From Gaiellaceae bacterium (GTDB lineage: Bacteria; Actinomycetota; Thermoleophilia; Gaiellales; Gaiellaceae), in assembly GCA_035693525.1 (NCBI GenBank), contig DASSGL010000218.1, forward strand, positions 1 through 33,148: a stretch of 33,148 nucleotides of DNA. Reading direction: 5' to 3'. The notes below the pieces were generated by a model. It did not search any database. It was not told where the DNA came from and saw only the letters and a list, made by a program, of their open reading frames with translations. Made by a program: the position numbers and the translations under genes. The stretch's first letter is position 1. Each line of letters begins with the position of its first letter. This document shows, piece by piece, positions 24,659 to 32,529 of this stretch.

Positions 24659-25686
24659 GCCGCGCCTCCTGCCAGGTGGCATGCGACGTCGTGCCCCGCC
24701 TCGACGCGGCGCAGCGGCGGGCGCTCGGTCGTCTGCCGGAGGTAGGCATCGCCGCCCGGAACGCAAAGCGGGCAGCGCGGATGGAACCGGCAGCCCGCCG
24801 GTGGATCGGCGAGGTCGGGCGGCGACCCGGGGATGCCGACGAGACGCTCCATCGGCCCCGTGAGCGGTGGGAACGAGGCCATCAGCCCACGCGTGTACGG
24901 GTGCTGCGGGTTCGAGTGCAGCGTGGCCGCCGGCGCGGACTCGACGATCTCACCGGCGTACATGATCGCGATGCGATGGGCGAACTCGATCAAGAGCGAG
25001 AGGTCGTGCGTGATGAAGAGAACGGCGAAGCCGAGCTTGCGCTGCAGGTCCTGGACCTGCTGCAGGATCTCGCGCTGCACGACGACGTCGAGCGCGGTCG
25101 TGGGCTCGTCCATGATCACGACCTCGGGCTCGAGTGCGAGCGCCATCGCGATGATGACCCGCTGCCGCATGCCGCCGGAGAGCTCGTGGGGGAACGCGCG
25201 AATGCGGCGACGGTCGATGCCGACGAGCTCGAGCAGATCACCGGCGCGGTCCTCCGCGTCTCGACGCGAGATCCGCTCGTGCGCGCGCATCATGTCGACG
25301 AACTGCTCGCTCACGCGCGTGACCGGGTTGAGCGCGTTCATTGCGCTCTGGAAGACCATCGAGACGTTCTGCCAGCGATAGCGTCGCAGCCGCGCGCGGC
25401 TGCGTTGTGCGAGATCCTCGCCGCGGAAGAAGACGCCGCCGCCTGTGATCCTCGCCGGCGGGCGAAGGATCTGCATGATGGCGTTGCCGACGGTCGTCTT
25501 TCCGCACCCTGACTCGCCTGCGAGACCGACGATCTCGCCGACGCGGATCGTCAGATCGATTCCGTCGACGGCGCGAGTGCGCCGCTCGACGCCGTAGTCG
25601 ACGACGAGCTTGCGCAGCTCGACGATCGCCTCGCCGGGTGCCCAGTCGGCGAGGCCCGTGCCCTCGGGCTCGACGGCCGCGATCAC
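24655..25686 (-). CDS. ABC transporter ATP-binding protein, Opp/Dpp D-type
   Basis: The GTG at 25686 overlaps the permease stop (GTGA). Walker [39 protein letters not shown]...GCRFHPRCP. Confidence 0.85.
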   Translation of the reverse strand: MIAAVEPEGTGLADWAPGEAIVELRKLVVDYGVERRTRAVDGIDLTIRVGEIVGLAGESGCGKTTVGNAIMQILRPPARITGGGVFFRGEDLAQRSRARLRRYRWQNVSMVFQSAMNALNPVTRVSEQFVDMMRAHERISRRDAEDRAGDLLELVGIDRRRIRAFPHELSGGMRQRVIIAMALALEPEVVIMDEPTTALDVVVQREILQQVQDLQRKLGFAVLFITHDLSLLIEFAHRIAIMYAGEIVESAPAATLHSNPQHPYTRGLMASFPPLTGPMERLVGIPGSPPDLADPPAGCRFHPRCPLCVPGGDAYLRQTTERPPLRRVEAGHDVACHLAGGAA

Positions 25687-26654
25687 GCCGCCCTCCGGAG
25701 AAACCGCCGCTCCCCACGCTCGGTGCGGAGCCGCGGGTTGCTGACCTCGTCGATGCCGGCGAGCACGAGCGTCAGGCCGAGCACGGTGATGCCGATGGCG
25801 AGCCCCGGGAAGAGGAAGGACCACCACTCGCCCTGGAGCATGCTCGAGTTCACCGTCGCCCAGTAGAGCGCGACACCCCAGCTCGGCTTGTCCATCTGGC
25901 CGAGGCCGAGGAACTCGAGACCCGCGTCGACGAGGATCGCGATGTAGAAGACGAGCACGAACGCCGCAGCGATGCGGCTGATCATGTTCGGCATCAGCTC
26001 ACCGAAGACGATGCGGCGAGTGGACTCGCCCGCGACCTTGGCCGCCTGGATGAAGTCGCGGTTCTTCAGCGTGAGCGCCTGGGCTCGCAGGATGCGCGCC
26101 TCGAACGCCCAGAGCGTGCACGCAATCACGAGCGCCATCGTGAGCATCCCGCGCGTGTGCAGGAAGGCGGTCACGTCGACGAGGAGCGGGATCGTCGGGA
26201 TGACGAAGAACACGCTCGTGACGAGATTCAGCAGGTCGTCCACGACGCCGCCGACGTACCCGGCGAAGACACCGAGGACCACGGCGAGCGCCGTGGCGAT
26301 CACCCCGGCCAGGAGACCGAGCGCGAGCGACCGCCGCGCTCCCCAGACGACCTGGGCGAAGACGTCCTGTCCCTGATCGGTCGTGCCGAACAGGTGGTTC
26401 AGCGACGGCGCCTGGCGGGAGTCGAACGAGAACTCGGTTGCCTTGCTCGCATCGATGAGGAGCGGCGCCAGCAGACCGAGCAGCACCATGCCGAGGACGA
26501 TGGCGAGGCCGAGGCGCGCCTTCGGGTTACGGAGCGTCAGCCGCAGCCAGCCCGGGATGCGGAACCTCGACTTGCGCGCGACGGCGGGCTCGATCGGCGC
26601 GAGAGGTTCGGCGATCGCCTCGGGAACGTCGAGCGTCGGCTGGATCTGCGCCAT
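25683..26654 (-). CDS. ABC transporter permease (OppC/DppC-like)
   Basis: 323 aa with 6 hydrophobic segments. The conserved permease loop region [20 protein letters not shown] (EAA-like) is present. Confidence 0.8.
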   Translation of the reverse strand: MAQIQPTLDVPEAIAEPLAPIEPAVARKSRFRIPGWLRLTLRNPKARLGLAIVLGMVLLGLLAPLLIDASKATEFSFDSRQAPSLNHLFGTTDQGQDVFAQVVWGARRSLALGLLAGVIATALAVVLGVFAGYVGGVVDDLLNLVTSVFFVIPTIPLLVDVTAFLHTRGMLTMALVIACTLWAFEARILRAQALTLKNRDFIQAAKVAGESTRRIVFGELMPNMISRIAAAFVLVFYIAILVDAGLEFLGLGQMDKPSWGVALYWATVNSSMLQGEWWSFLFPGLAIGITVLGLTLVLAGIDEVSNPRLRTERGERRFLRRAA

Positions 26655-26656
26655 AC

Positions 26657-27643
26657 CTAGGAGGCCCGCACGCGCGGATCGAGGATGAGATTGACGATGT
26701 CCATGATGAAGTTGGCGACGATCGGGCAGATCGCGAAGACGAGCAGGAGCGCCTGCGTCAGCGGATAGTCATTGCCAAGTGCCGCCTGCTGCAGCGTGTA
26801 GCCGGCGCCCGGATAGCTGAACACGAGCTCGATGAAGATGACCCCGCCGACCGCCGTCGCGAACTGCGGAGCGAAGCCGTTCAGCGGCGGCAGGATCGCG
26901 TTGCGGGCCGCGTACCGCGTCATCACACGCGTGTCTCGCAGGCCCTTGGCATGCCCCATCGCAACGTAGTCCTCACTGATCGTGTTGATCATGACGGTGC
27001 GCATGTTGAGCACCCACCCTCCGGCGTACGCGAGCACGATCGTGAGCGCGGGCAGGATGCCGTGCCGGACCGCGCCCGAGACGAACGGCCAGTTGAAGCC
27101 TGGTGTGGAGCCGTTGTCGTAGGCGTGGTTGATCGGGAACCAGCCGAGCTTCAGCCCGAGGAAGTAGACGACGATCAGCCCGGTGAAGTAGGCCGGGAAT
27201 GCGCCGAGGGCCATGAAGACGGGGACGAACAGCGTGTCGACGCCCCCGCCGCGGCGCCACGCGGCGATCATGCCGATCATCGTTCCGAGCACGAACGCGA
27301 TGAGGAAGGCGATTCCGACGAGCACGATCGAATACGGAAGCGTGCGCCCGACGACCTCGGACACCTTCGACGGGTAGTTCGACGTCGAGATGCCGAAGTT
27401 CATCGTCACGACGCGTTGCAGGTACTGCACGTAGGCGCTCCAGATCGACTGGTCGCCGCCGCCGAGCAGCTTGCGATACGTCTCGATGATCCCGGGGTTC
27501 GACTGAATCTGCGCCGGGCTCAGGTGCTGGAGGACGCCGCCGATCGGATCGCCCGGCATCAGCCGCGGCAGGAGGAACGTGATCGTCAGCGCCACCCACG
27601 TGGCGAAGACGTAAAAGCCGAGTCGACGAAGGATGAAGCGCAT
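26657..27643 (-). CDS. ABC transporter permease (OppB/DppB-like)
   Basis: 328 aa. The N-terminus [33 protein letters not shown] is typical of OppB/DppB-type permeases, and the EAA-like loop [24 protein letters not shown] is present. Confidence 0.85.
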   Translation of the reverse strand: MRFILRRLGFYVFATWVALTITFLLPRLMPGDPIGGVLQHLSPAQIQSNPGIIETYRKLLGGGDQSIWSAYVQYLQRVVTMNFGISTSNYPSKVSEVVGRTLPYSIVLVGIAFLIAFVLGTMIGMIAAWRRGGGVDTLFVPVFMALGAFPAYFTGLIVVYFLGLKLGWFPINHAYDNGSTPGFNWPFVSGAVRHGILPALTIVLAYAGGWVLNMRTVMINTISEDYVAMGHAKGLRDTRVMTRYAARNAILPPLNGFAPQFATAVGGVIFIELVFSYPGAGYTLQQAALGNDYPLTQALLLVFAICPIVANFIMDIVNLILDPRVRAS

Positions 27644-27678
27644 TGCTGGGCTTGGTTGGGCTTGACCCTATAACCGCC

Positions 27679-27704
27679 GCGGGCGGGACGCGCGTCCCGC
27701 CCGC
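27679..27704 (-). promoter_or_regulatory. Intercistronic perfect 26-nt GC palindrome between the SBP gene and the first permease gene
   Basis: gcgggcgggacgc|gcgtcccgcccgc is perfectly self-complementary and extends with one mismatch to 27674-27709. It sits in the 93-nt gap after the SBP stop (27737). It probably acts as a partial terminator or mRNA-stabilising hairpin that sets the SBP:permease ratio. Confidence 0.45.
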
Positions 27705-27736
27705 AGCGGTCGGTGGAGGGTCGACTCAGCGTCCGA

Positions 27737-29482
27737 TCACGCGCCGGCCTGGCCGCCGGGACAGATGCGCGTGAAGGACAGGATGTTGTCGGGTGCCGTG
27801 CTGAAGATCGGGTCGCCGTAGAAGTTCTTCGGCGACGTGAAGCAATGGAAGTACTTCGTGCTGTACGTCGACCAGCGAGGACCGACGAACAGCGGGACGA
27901 TCGGCTGGACCTGCAGGAAGATCTTCGCCACCTGCGAGAACAGAGCCTGCTGCTTCTTGGGGTCAAGCGTCGACTTCCACTGGTTGAGGAGCGACGTGGC
28001 CTTGGCGTCGTAGATGTGCGCCCAGTTGCCGGTGTTCGTGGCGTCCTCACCCGACGGCGTGTACTTGAGCTGCGACAGGTTGCTGAGGAAGAAGCTGTAC
28101 GGCGAGGCCTGCGAGGCGGTCTGCCACAGCAGGGTCGGGTTCTTCGTCGCCGACGCGTTCGGATACCACGAGTTCCAGTCCGGCTCGAGCTTCACGTTCG
28201 AGTCGATGCCGATGTCGCGCAGGTTCTTCGTGATGATCTGGTTCGACGCGACCCAGTCGGACCAACCCGAGATCACGTGGATGTCGAGGTTGACGTTGTT
28301 GCCCTTCGGATCGACCAGCGTGCTGCCCTTGTAGGTGAAGCCGGCGTCGGTCAGCATCTTCTTCGCCGCCGTCGGGTTGTACACGGCCGCCTTCTTCGCG
28401 AGCTCGTGGATCGCTCCCTTGTCCCACTTCGGGAAGATGTAGTCGAGCCCGAGCGCGTCGGTCGGCGGTGCGTAGCCGTACTCGCCGAGCTTCGAGACGT
28501 CGTTGCGGTTGATCGCGAGGCTGAGCGCCTTGCGGAACGCGGGGATGCTGTATGGGTACTTCGAGTCGTCGAAGACGAGCGACTGCCCGTACGCGGTCGT
28601 GGCATAGAACCAGTGGTAGTGCTTCGGGTCCTTCGATCCGTACGCCTTCGCGACGTTCGGGACGAAGTTGTGCGTCCAGTCGACCTGGCCGCTCTGGATC
28701 GCGAGGAGCGCCGCGTCGTTGGAGGTCGCCTGCGTGTACTCGAGGCACGGGATCTTCGGTGAGCCCGCCTTCCAGTAGTGCGGGTTCTTGTTGAAGACGT
28801 AGTCCTGAGCCGTGAAGCGCCCGACGACCGCGAACGGGCCGGAGCCCACCGGGCTCGCGTTCGTGAACGTCGCAGGGTCGGACACCTTCGACCAGATGTG
28901 CTGCGGGACGACGAACTGGAGGTTGAGGTTCGCCGCGATGAACTGCGAGTCGACGGTCTTCAGGTTGATCGCGACGGCGTACTTGCCCTTCGCCTTGACC
29001 GACGCGATGTTCGTGTCGGGTGAGGCGTAGCCGACCATGTCCATCGACTTGTCCTGCTTGCCCGCCGTCAGGCTGTAGACGACGTCGGCCGACGTGAGCG
29101 GCGTGCCGTCGGACCACCGCGCGTTGTGCACGAGATTCAACGTCAGCGTCTTGTTGCCGTTGCTCCACTTCCAGCTCTGCGCGAGCCACGGATAGGTGTG
29201 GCCTCCGCCGGCCACGCTCGAGATGATGAGCGGCTCGTAGAACGCGCCGCGCACGAACGCGCCGCTCGGGAGGCCCGTCGCGGTGTAGGGGTTGAAGTTC
29301 TTGACGAACGCCGGATCTCCCGACCCCGTCATCACGAGGCACTTGTGGCCCGCGGCGGCAGCCGCGGCTGACTTCGGCGCGGCAGGAGCCGACGCCGAGA
29401 CGAGGAGGGCGGCGAGGGCCGCCGCAAGGCCGGCCGCGGCGAGGCCGCCGAGCCTGCGTCTGGAAGGTGTCTCACGTCGCAT
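27737..29482 (-). CDS. ABC transporter substrate-binding protein, family 5 (peptide/nickel/oligosaccharide type)
   Basis: The real start is the ATG at 29482 (MRRETPSRRRLGGLAAAGLAAALAALLVSASAPAAP; Tat-like RRR plus a hydrophobic signal), preceded by AAAGGAttgcacg. The body is ~580 aa with the SBP_bac_5 pattern (FYEPLI..., WSDGTPLTSADVVYS, NPHYWKAG). Confidence 0.85.
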   Translation of the reverse strand: MRRETPSRRRLGGLAAAGLAAALAALLVSASAPAAPKSAAAAAAGHKCLVMTGSGDPAFVKNFNPYTATGLPSGAFVRGAFYEPLIISSVAGGGHTYPWLAQSWKWSNGNKTLTLNLVHNARWSDGTPLTSADVVYSLTAGKQDKSMDMVGYASPDTNIASVKAKGKYAVAINLKTVDSQFIAANLNLQFVVPQHIWSKVSDPATFTNASPVGSGPFAVVGRFTAQDYVFNKNPHYWKAGSPKIPCLEYTQATSNDAALLAIQSGQVDWTHNFVPNVAKAYGSKDPKHYHWFYATTAYGQSLVFDDSKYPYSIPAFRKALSLAINRNDVSKLGEYGYAPPTDALGLDYIFPKWDKGAIHELAKKAAVYNPTAAKKMLTDAGFTYKGSTLVDPKGNNVNLDIHVISGWSDWVASNQIITKNLRDIGIDSNVKLEPDWNSWYPNASATKNPTLLWQTASQASPYSFFLSNLSQLKYTPSGEDATNTGNWAHIYDAKATSLLNQWKSTLDPKKQQALFSQVAKIFLQVQPIVPLFVGPRWSTYSTKYFHCFTSPKNFYGDPIFSTAPDNILSFTRICPGGQAGA

Positions 29483-29528
29483 CGTGCAATCCTTTCTTGC
29501 CCTAGGGGCGGTGGAGGCGCGGGGGTGC

Positions 29529-29544
29529 CCGGCAACGTTTCCGG
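29529..29544. promoter_or_regulatory. Candidate LacI-family operator 1
   Basis: ccggCAACGTTTccgg, a 14/16 palindrome centred on CG. It lies 4 nt downstream of the predicted -10 element of the SBP operon promoter. Confidence 0.45.
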
Positions 29545-29547
29545 CGG

Positions 29548-29577
29548 TTGTTACCATGCCGCGGCCGCTCATGTCAA
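29548..29577 (-). promoter_or_regulatory. Candidate promoter of the nine-gene glycoside-uptake operon
   Basis: On the minus strand: TTGACA (29577-29572), 18-nt spacer, TAACAA (29553-29548); alternatively a 17-nt spacer and GTAACA. Confidence 0.45.
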
Positions 29578-29617
29578 GGACAAATCGGTCTCCGGCGCGA
29601 TTCTTGGAGAATTGGCT

Positions 29618-29633
29618 TCTGAAACGTTCCGGA
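29618..29633. promoter_or_regulatory. Candidate LacI-family operator 2
   Basis: tcTGAAACGTTCCgga, a 12/16 palindrome with the same AACGTT core. It lies 11 nt upstream of the lacI-family gene start. Confidence 0.4.
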
Positions 29634-29643
29634 ACATGCTTCA

Positions 29644-30711
29644 ATGCACGCCATGGTCGGTCCTGACGAGCGCGGGGGCAACGGGCGGCGTGGGCGGGCG
29701 ACGATCCGAGAGATCGCCGACATCGCCGGCGTCTCGATCGCCACGGTCTCTCGCGTCGTCAACGGGCGGGGCGAAGTCTCGGACGAGACCCGCGAGCTCG
29801 TCCAGCGGGTCGTGCGCGAGCGTGGCTACTCGGCGAACCGCAGCGCTCGAGGGCTCTCGGCAGGCAAGACGGGGCTCATCGGCGGCACTGTCCCGATGGT
29901 CCACTATCCGTACTTCTCGAACCTCCTGGGCGGGGTGGCCGAAGCGCTCTACGAGCAGGACATGCGCCTCGTGCTCTGCCCGACGCTCCACGAGCACGAG
30001 CGCGAGGTGACGCTCCTCGACCGCCTGCTGCACGGAACCACCGACGGCGCGGTGATCATCCTCCCCGAGGAGTCGAGCGACGAGCTCGAGGACCTTCTGA
30101 ACCACGGCTACCGGTTCGTGGTCGTCGACCCGCAGGTACCGCTGAACGAGCGCATCCCCGCGGTCTCCGCGGCGCACAGCGCAGGCGCCGACCAGGCGGT
30201 GAGGCATCTGCTGTCGCTCGGGCACCGCCGCATCGGCATCATCACCGGCCGGCGTGGAGGCAAGGCGACCGACGACCGGCGGCGCGGCTACTTCGCTGCA
30301 CTGGCCGAGGCGGGGATCACCCCGGACCCCGCGCTCGAGGTGGAGTCGAACTTCGAGCTCCCCGGCGGCACCGCTGCGGCCGCGCGCTTGCTCGACCTTC
30401 CGGAGCCGCCTACGGCGATCTTCGCGTTCAACGACAACATGGCGATCGGCACCATCCGCGCTGCCCGCGTACGCGGCCTGCGCGTGCCGGAGGATCTCTC
30501 CGTCGTGGGCTTCGACGATCTCGACGAGGCGTCCATCGTCACGCCGGCCCTCACCACGATCCGGCAGCCGCTCGCCGAGATGGGTCGGATCGCCGTCAGC
30601 CTGCTCGTCCGCCTGCTCGACAATCAGCGCCTCGAGGCTCTGCACGTCGAGCTCGCGACACGCCTCATCGTGCGCGACTCGACGGCGCCCGTGCCCGCCT
30701 CGCGCGCTTGA
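29644..30711 (+). CDS. LacI family transcriptional regulator
   Basis: 355 aa. HTH motif ATIREIADIAGVSIATVSRVVNG plus a periplasmic-binding-protein-like sugar-binding core (AIFAFNDNMAIGTIRAARVRGLRVPEDLSVVGFDD). An alternative ATG start is at 29653. Confidence 0.9.
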   Translation: MHAMVGPDERGGNGRRGRATIREIADIAGVSIATVSRVVNGRGEVSDETRELVQRVVRERGYSANRSARGLSAGKTGLIGGTVPMVHYPYFSNLLGGVAEALYEQDMRLVLCPTLHEHEREVTLLDRLLHGTTDGAVIILPEESSDELEDLLNHGYRFVVVDPQVPLNERIPAVSAAHSAGADQAVRHLLSLGHRRIGIITGRRGGKATDDRRRGYFAALAEAGITPDPALEVESNFELPGGTAAAARLLDLPEPPTAIFAFNDNMAIGTIRAARVRGLRVPEDLSVVGFDDLDEASIVTPALTTIRQPLAEMGRIAVSLLVRLLDNQRLEALHVELATRLIVRDSTAPVPASRA

Positions 30712-30789
30712 CAGCACGACGAGCGCGGCCGGTCGGTGCGCGCACTCGTGCGCAATGACCGTGTTGGCCGCGGAGGAAAACGCCGTCAG

Positions 30790-30807
30790 CGCCTGCGAAC
30801 GCAGGCG
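30790..30807. terminator. Short hairpin between the convergent lacI-family gene and the small ORF
   Basis: cgcctgc-gaac-gcaggcg (7-bp stem). There is no U-tract, so support is weak. Confidence 0.2.
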
Positions 30808-30876
30808 GTCGGGTGGACGAGCCACCGCCGCGGACGGCCTCGCGGCGGCGGGCCTCAGCCCTCAGCCGACCGCCGC

Positions 30877-30984
30877 TTACCAGTAGCCGCCGTCGCTGAA
30901 TCCGCCCGGCCGGAAGAAGAGCCCGAAGTAGGCCGAGAGGCTCACCAAGAGGATGAGAAGCGAGAAGAGCCGCACCTTGGTCAC
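30877..30984 (-). CDS. 35-aa hydrophobic pre-peptide-like small protein immediately downstream of the XRE/TPR regulator
   Basis: Read by hand. The regulator's TAA (31010-31008) is followed by cggtcggAAAGGAGGTGtgtgac-GTG (30984), then M/V-TKVRLFSLLILLVSLSAYFGLFFRPGGFSDGGYW and TAA (30879-30877). This is the strongest Shine-Dalgarno site in the window. In the track it is hidden as the tail of a 513-aa shadow ORF. Confidence 0.55.
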   Translation of the reverse strand: MTKVRLFSLLILLVSLSAYFGLFFRPGGFSDGGYW

Positions 30985-31007
30985 GTCACACACCTCCTTT
31001 CCGACCG

Positions 31008-32390
31008 TTAGAACCTGACGTCCTGGAGTGCCTCCGCCGCAGTGCGGTAGAGGTGAGCTGCAAGCCTGTCGTCGCCGCGCCGAGCGGCGAGGTCGCCGCG
31101 CGCGACCCACGCGGCGGCGCGGTGGCCGGCCGAGCCGAGCTGCGCGAGGCTGGCCTCGGCGGCCGTGAACGCCTCGTCGGCCTCGTCGAGCCTGTCCTGC
31201 TCGAGGAGCGCCCGGCCGAGAACGAGCCGCGCGCTGCCGACCTCGTCGAGGTAATCCTCGTTGCCGGCGGCCTCGAGGAGGCGCAGCGCGTGCCGCGCCT
31301 GCTCTTCGGCCTGCTCGACGTTGCCGGTTCGAAGATGGATCTGTGCGAGCGAGGACACCGCCTGCGCCGCGTCCGCGTCGCGCCCCGTCTCGAGGGCGAT
31401 CCCGAACGCCTCCTTCAGGAGGCCGATCGCCTCGTCGGTCTTGCCGAGGAGGAAGTTCAGCCCGCCGAGGTTGTTCGTGAGCTGGCCGACATGCACCTTG
31501 TCGGCGAGCTCCTCGTACGCCGCGCGCGCCTTCTCCGCATAGTTCCGCGCGAGCACCCAGTGGCCCTCGCGATCGGCCACGAGCGACGCCTGGAAGTAGG
31601 CGGCGCCGATCGTGCGCGGGTCGTTCGCGTCCTCCGCGAGCTGGAGCGCGCGCTCGATGTCCTCGCGTGCAGCTTCGTAGTCGCGGTGGCGGCGCCAGCA
31701 GCGCGAGCGCCAGGAGAGGATGTTCGAGCGAAGCTGGTCGGACGGCAGCCCGGAGCGCTCCGCAAGGGCAAGCGCCTCGTTCAGGAGGCCGAGCGCGGTC
31801 TGCACGCTGTTCAGCTGGTAGCGGCAGACGCCGAGCGCGTAGAAGACCTCGGCGCGCTCGAGATCGGAGAAGGAGCTCGCCTCGACGACGCCGCGGGCCT
31901 CGTTCAGGAGCTCGAGCGCCTGGCGCAGCGCCCCGAGGCGCATCTGCGTGCGGCCGGCGCCGACGAGCGCCCGCACCGTGAGCTCGGGCACGCCTGTGGC
32001 GCGCGCCGCCGGGACGAGCAGGTCGTACTCCGCGGCCGCGTCGTCGTTCGACTCCGCCTTGATCAGGGCCTCGGCGCGGGCGAGCGCGCCCTCGAGGCGC
32101 CCGCGCTCGTCGGTCGCGACCCCGTTCGCGAGGAAGCCGGGGTCGACGCCGAGCCGTGCTGCGAGCCACTCGACGGTCTCGCGGGTGGGCCGGGTCTTGC
32201 CGCGCTCGATCTGAGACACGTACTCCTTCGAGAACCGCTCCGCTGCCAGGTCGCTCTGCGTCAGGCCGGCGGCCACGCGGAGCTGGCGGAGGCGCTCGCC
32301 GAGGCGAAGCCCGCTCGAGGCGGAAGCGCGGCCGGTGCTGAGGGCGGTGTCCTGGGTCATCGCGGCAGTCGAGGCTGAAGTGAACCTCAC
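31008..32390 (-). CDS. XRE-family HTH transcriptional regulator with a TPR-like C-terminal domain (paralogue of 4228-5550)
   Basis: 460 aa. LGERLRQLRVAAGLTQSDLA...YVSQIERGKTRPTRETVEWLAARLGVDPGFL (XRE HTH), then ~380 aa of helical repeats. The start is uncertain: GTG at 32390 or ATG at 32360. Confidence 0.85.
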   Translation of the reverse strand: MRFTSASTAAMTQDTALSTGRASASSGLRLGERLRQLRVAAGLTQSDLAAERFSKEYVSQIERGKTRPTRETVEWLAARLGVDPGFLANGVATDERGRLEGALARAEALIKAESNDDAAAEYDLLVPAARATGVPELTVRALVGAGRTQMRLGALRQALELLNEARGVVEASSFSDLERAEVFYALGVCRYQLNSVQTALGLLNEALALAERSGLPSDQLRSNILSWRSRCWRRHRDYEAAREDIERALQLAEDANDPRTIGAAYFQASLVADREGHWVLARNYAEKARAAYEELADKVHVGQLTNNLGGLNFLLGKTDEAIGLLKEAFGIALETGRDADAAQAVSSLAQIHLRTGNVEQAEEQARHALRLLEAAGNEDYLDEVGSARLVLGRALLEQDRLDEADEAFTAAEASLAQLGSAGHRAAAWVARGDLAARRGDDRLAAHLYRTAAEALQDVRF

Positions 32391-32494
32391 GCTTCACCAA
32401 ACCGCAAGTCGGTTCCACGGGCCTCCCCCAAAAGGGTCATGTTCATGCGAAAATTCAGTGAAGTAGCAGACCGAAGATCACTTGACTGAGCTAC

Positions 32495-32523
32495 TTGACT
32501 GGTCGGGACACGGCGCCTATAGT
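32495..32523 (+). promoter_or_regulatory. Near-consensus sigma-70/SigA-type promoter with no downstream CDS
   Basis: TTGACT (32495-32500), exactly 17 nt, TATAGT (32518-32523). It is preceded by a second CTTGACTG copy, forming a direct repeat (32481-32488 and 32494-32501). Confidence 0.6.
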
Positions 32524-32529
32524 CAGGCC

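Noticed and set aside
22296-24749. An 817-aa ORF suggesting a giant fusion protein upstream of the GH1 domain.
   Set aside because: The first ~370 residues are Arg-rich and overlap the Opp/Dpp F-type ATPase gene in another frame. A good RBS and ATG at 23636 give a normal 446-aa GH1 enzyme. Similar N-terminal over-extensions were trimmed at 19380..20693, 20468..21640, 21541..22431, 23651..24766, 24655..25827, 27737..29644, 9925..12081 and 4218..6395.
23651-29482. The Opp-type importer read as the dedicated re-import system for the putative signalling peptides.
   Set aside because: It is under a LacI-family regulator and co-transcribed with a GH1 beta-glucosidase and sugar-modifying enzymes, so a glycoside substrate is the simpler reading. 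The peptide-import idea is mentioned only as something binding assays would exclude.
30985-32418. A GTG at 32418 preceded by GGGGGAGG-ccc, opening a 513-aa frame across the XRE/TPR gene.
   Set aside because: The frame is an Arg/Pro-rich alternative frame of the regulator gene. Only its last 35 codons (30877-30984), which have their own strong SD after the regulator's stop, look like a genuine product.
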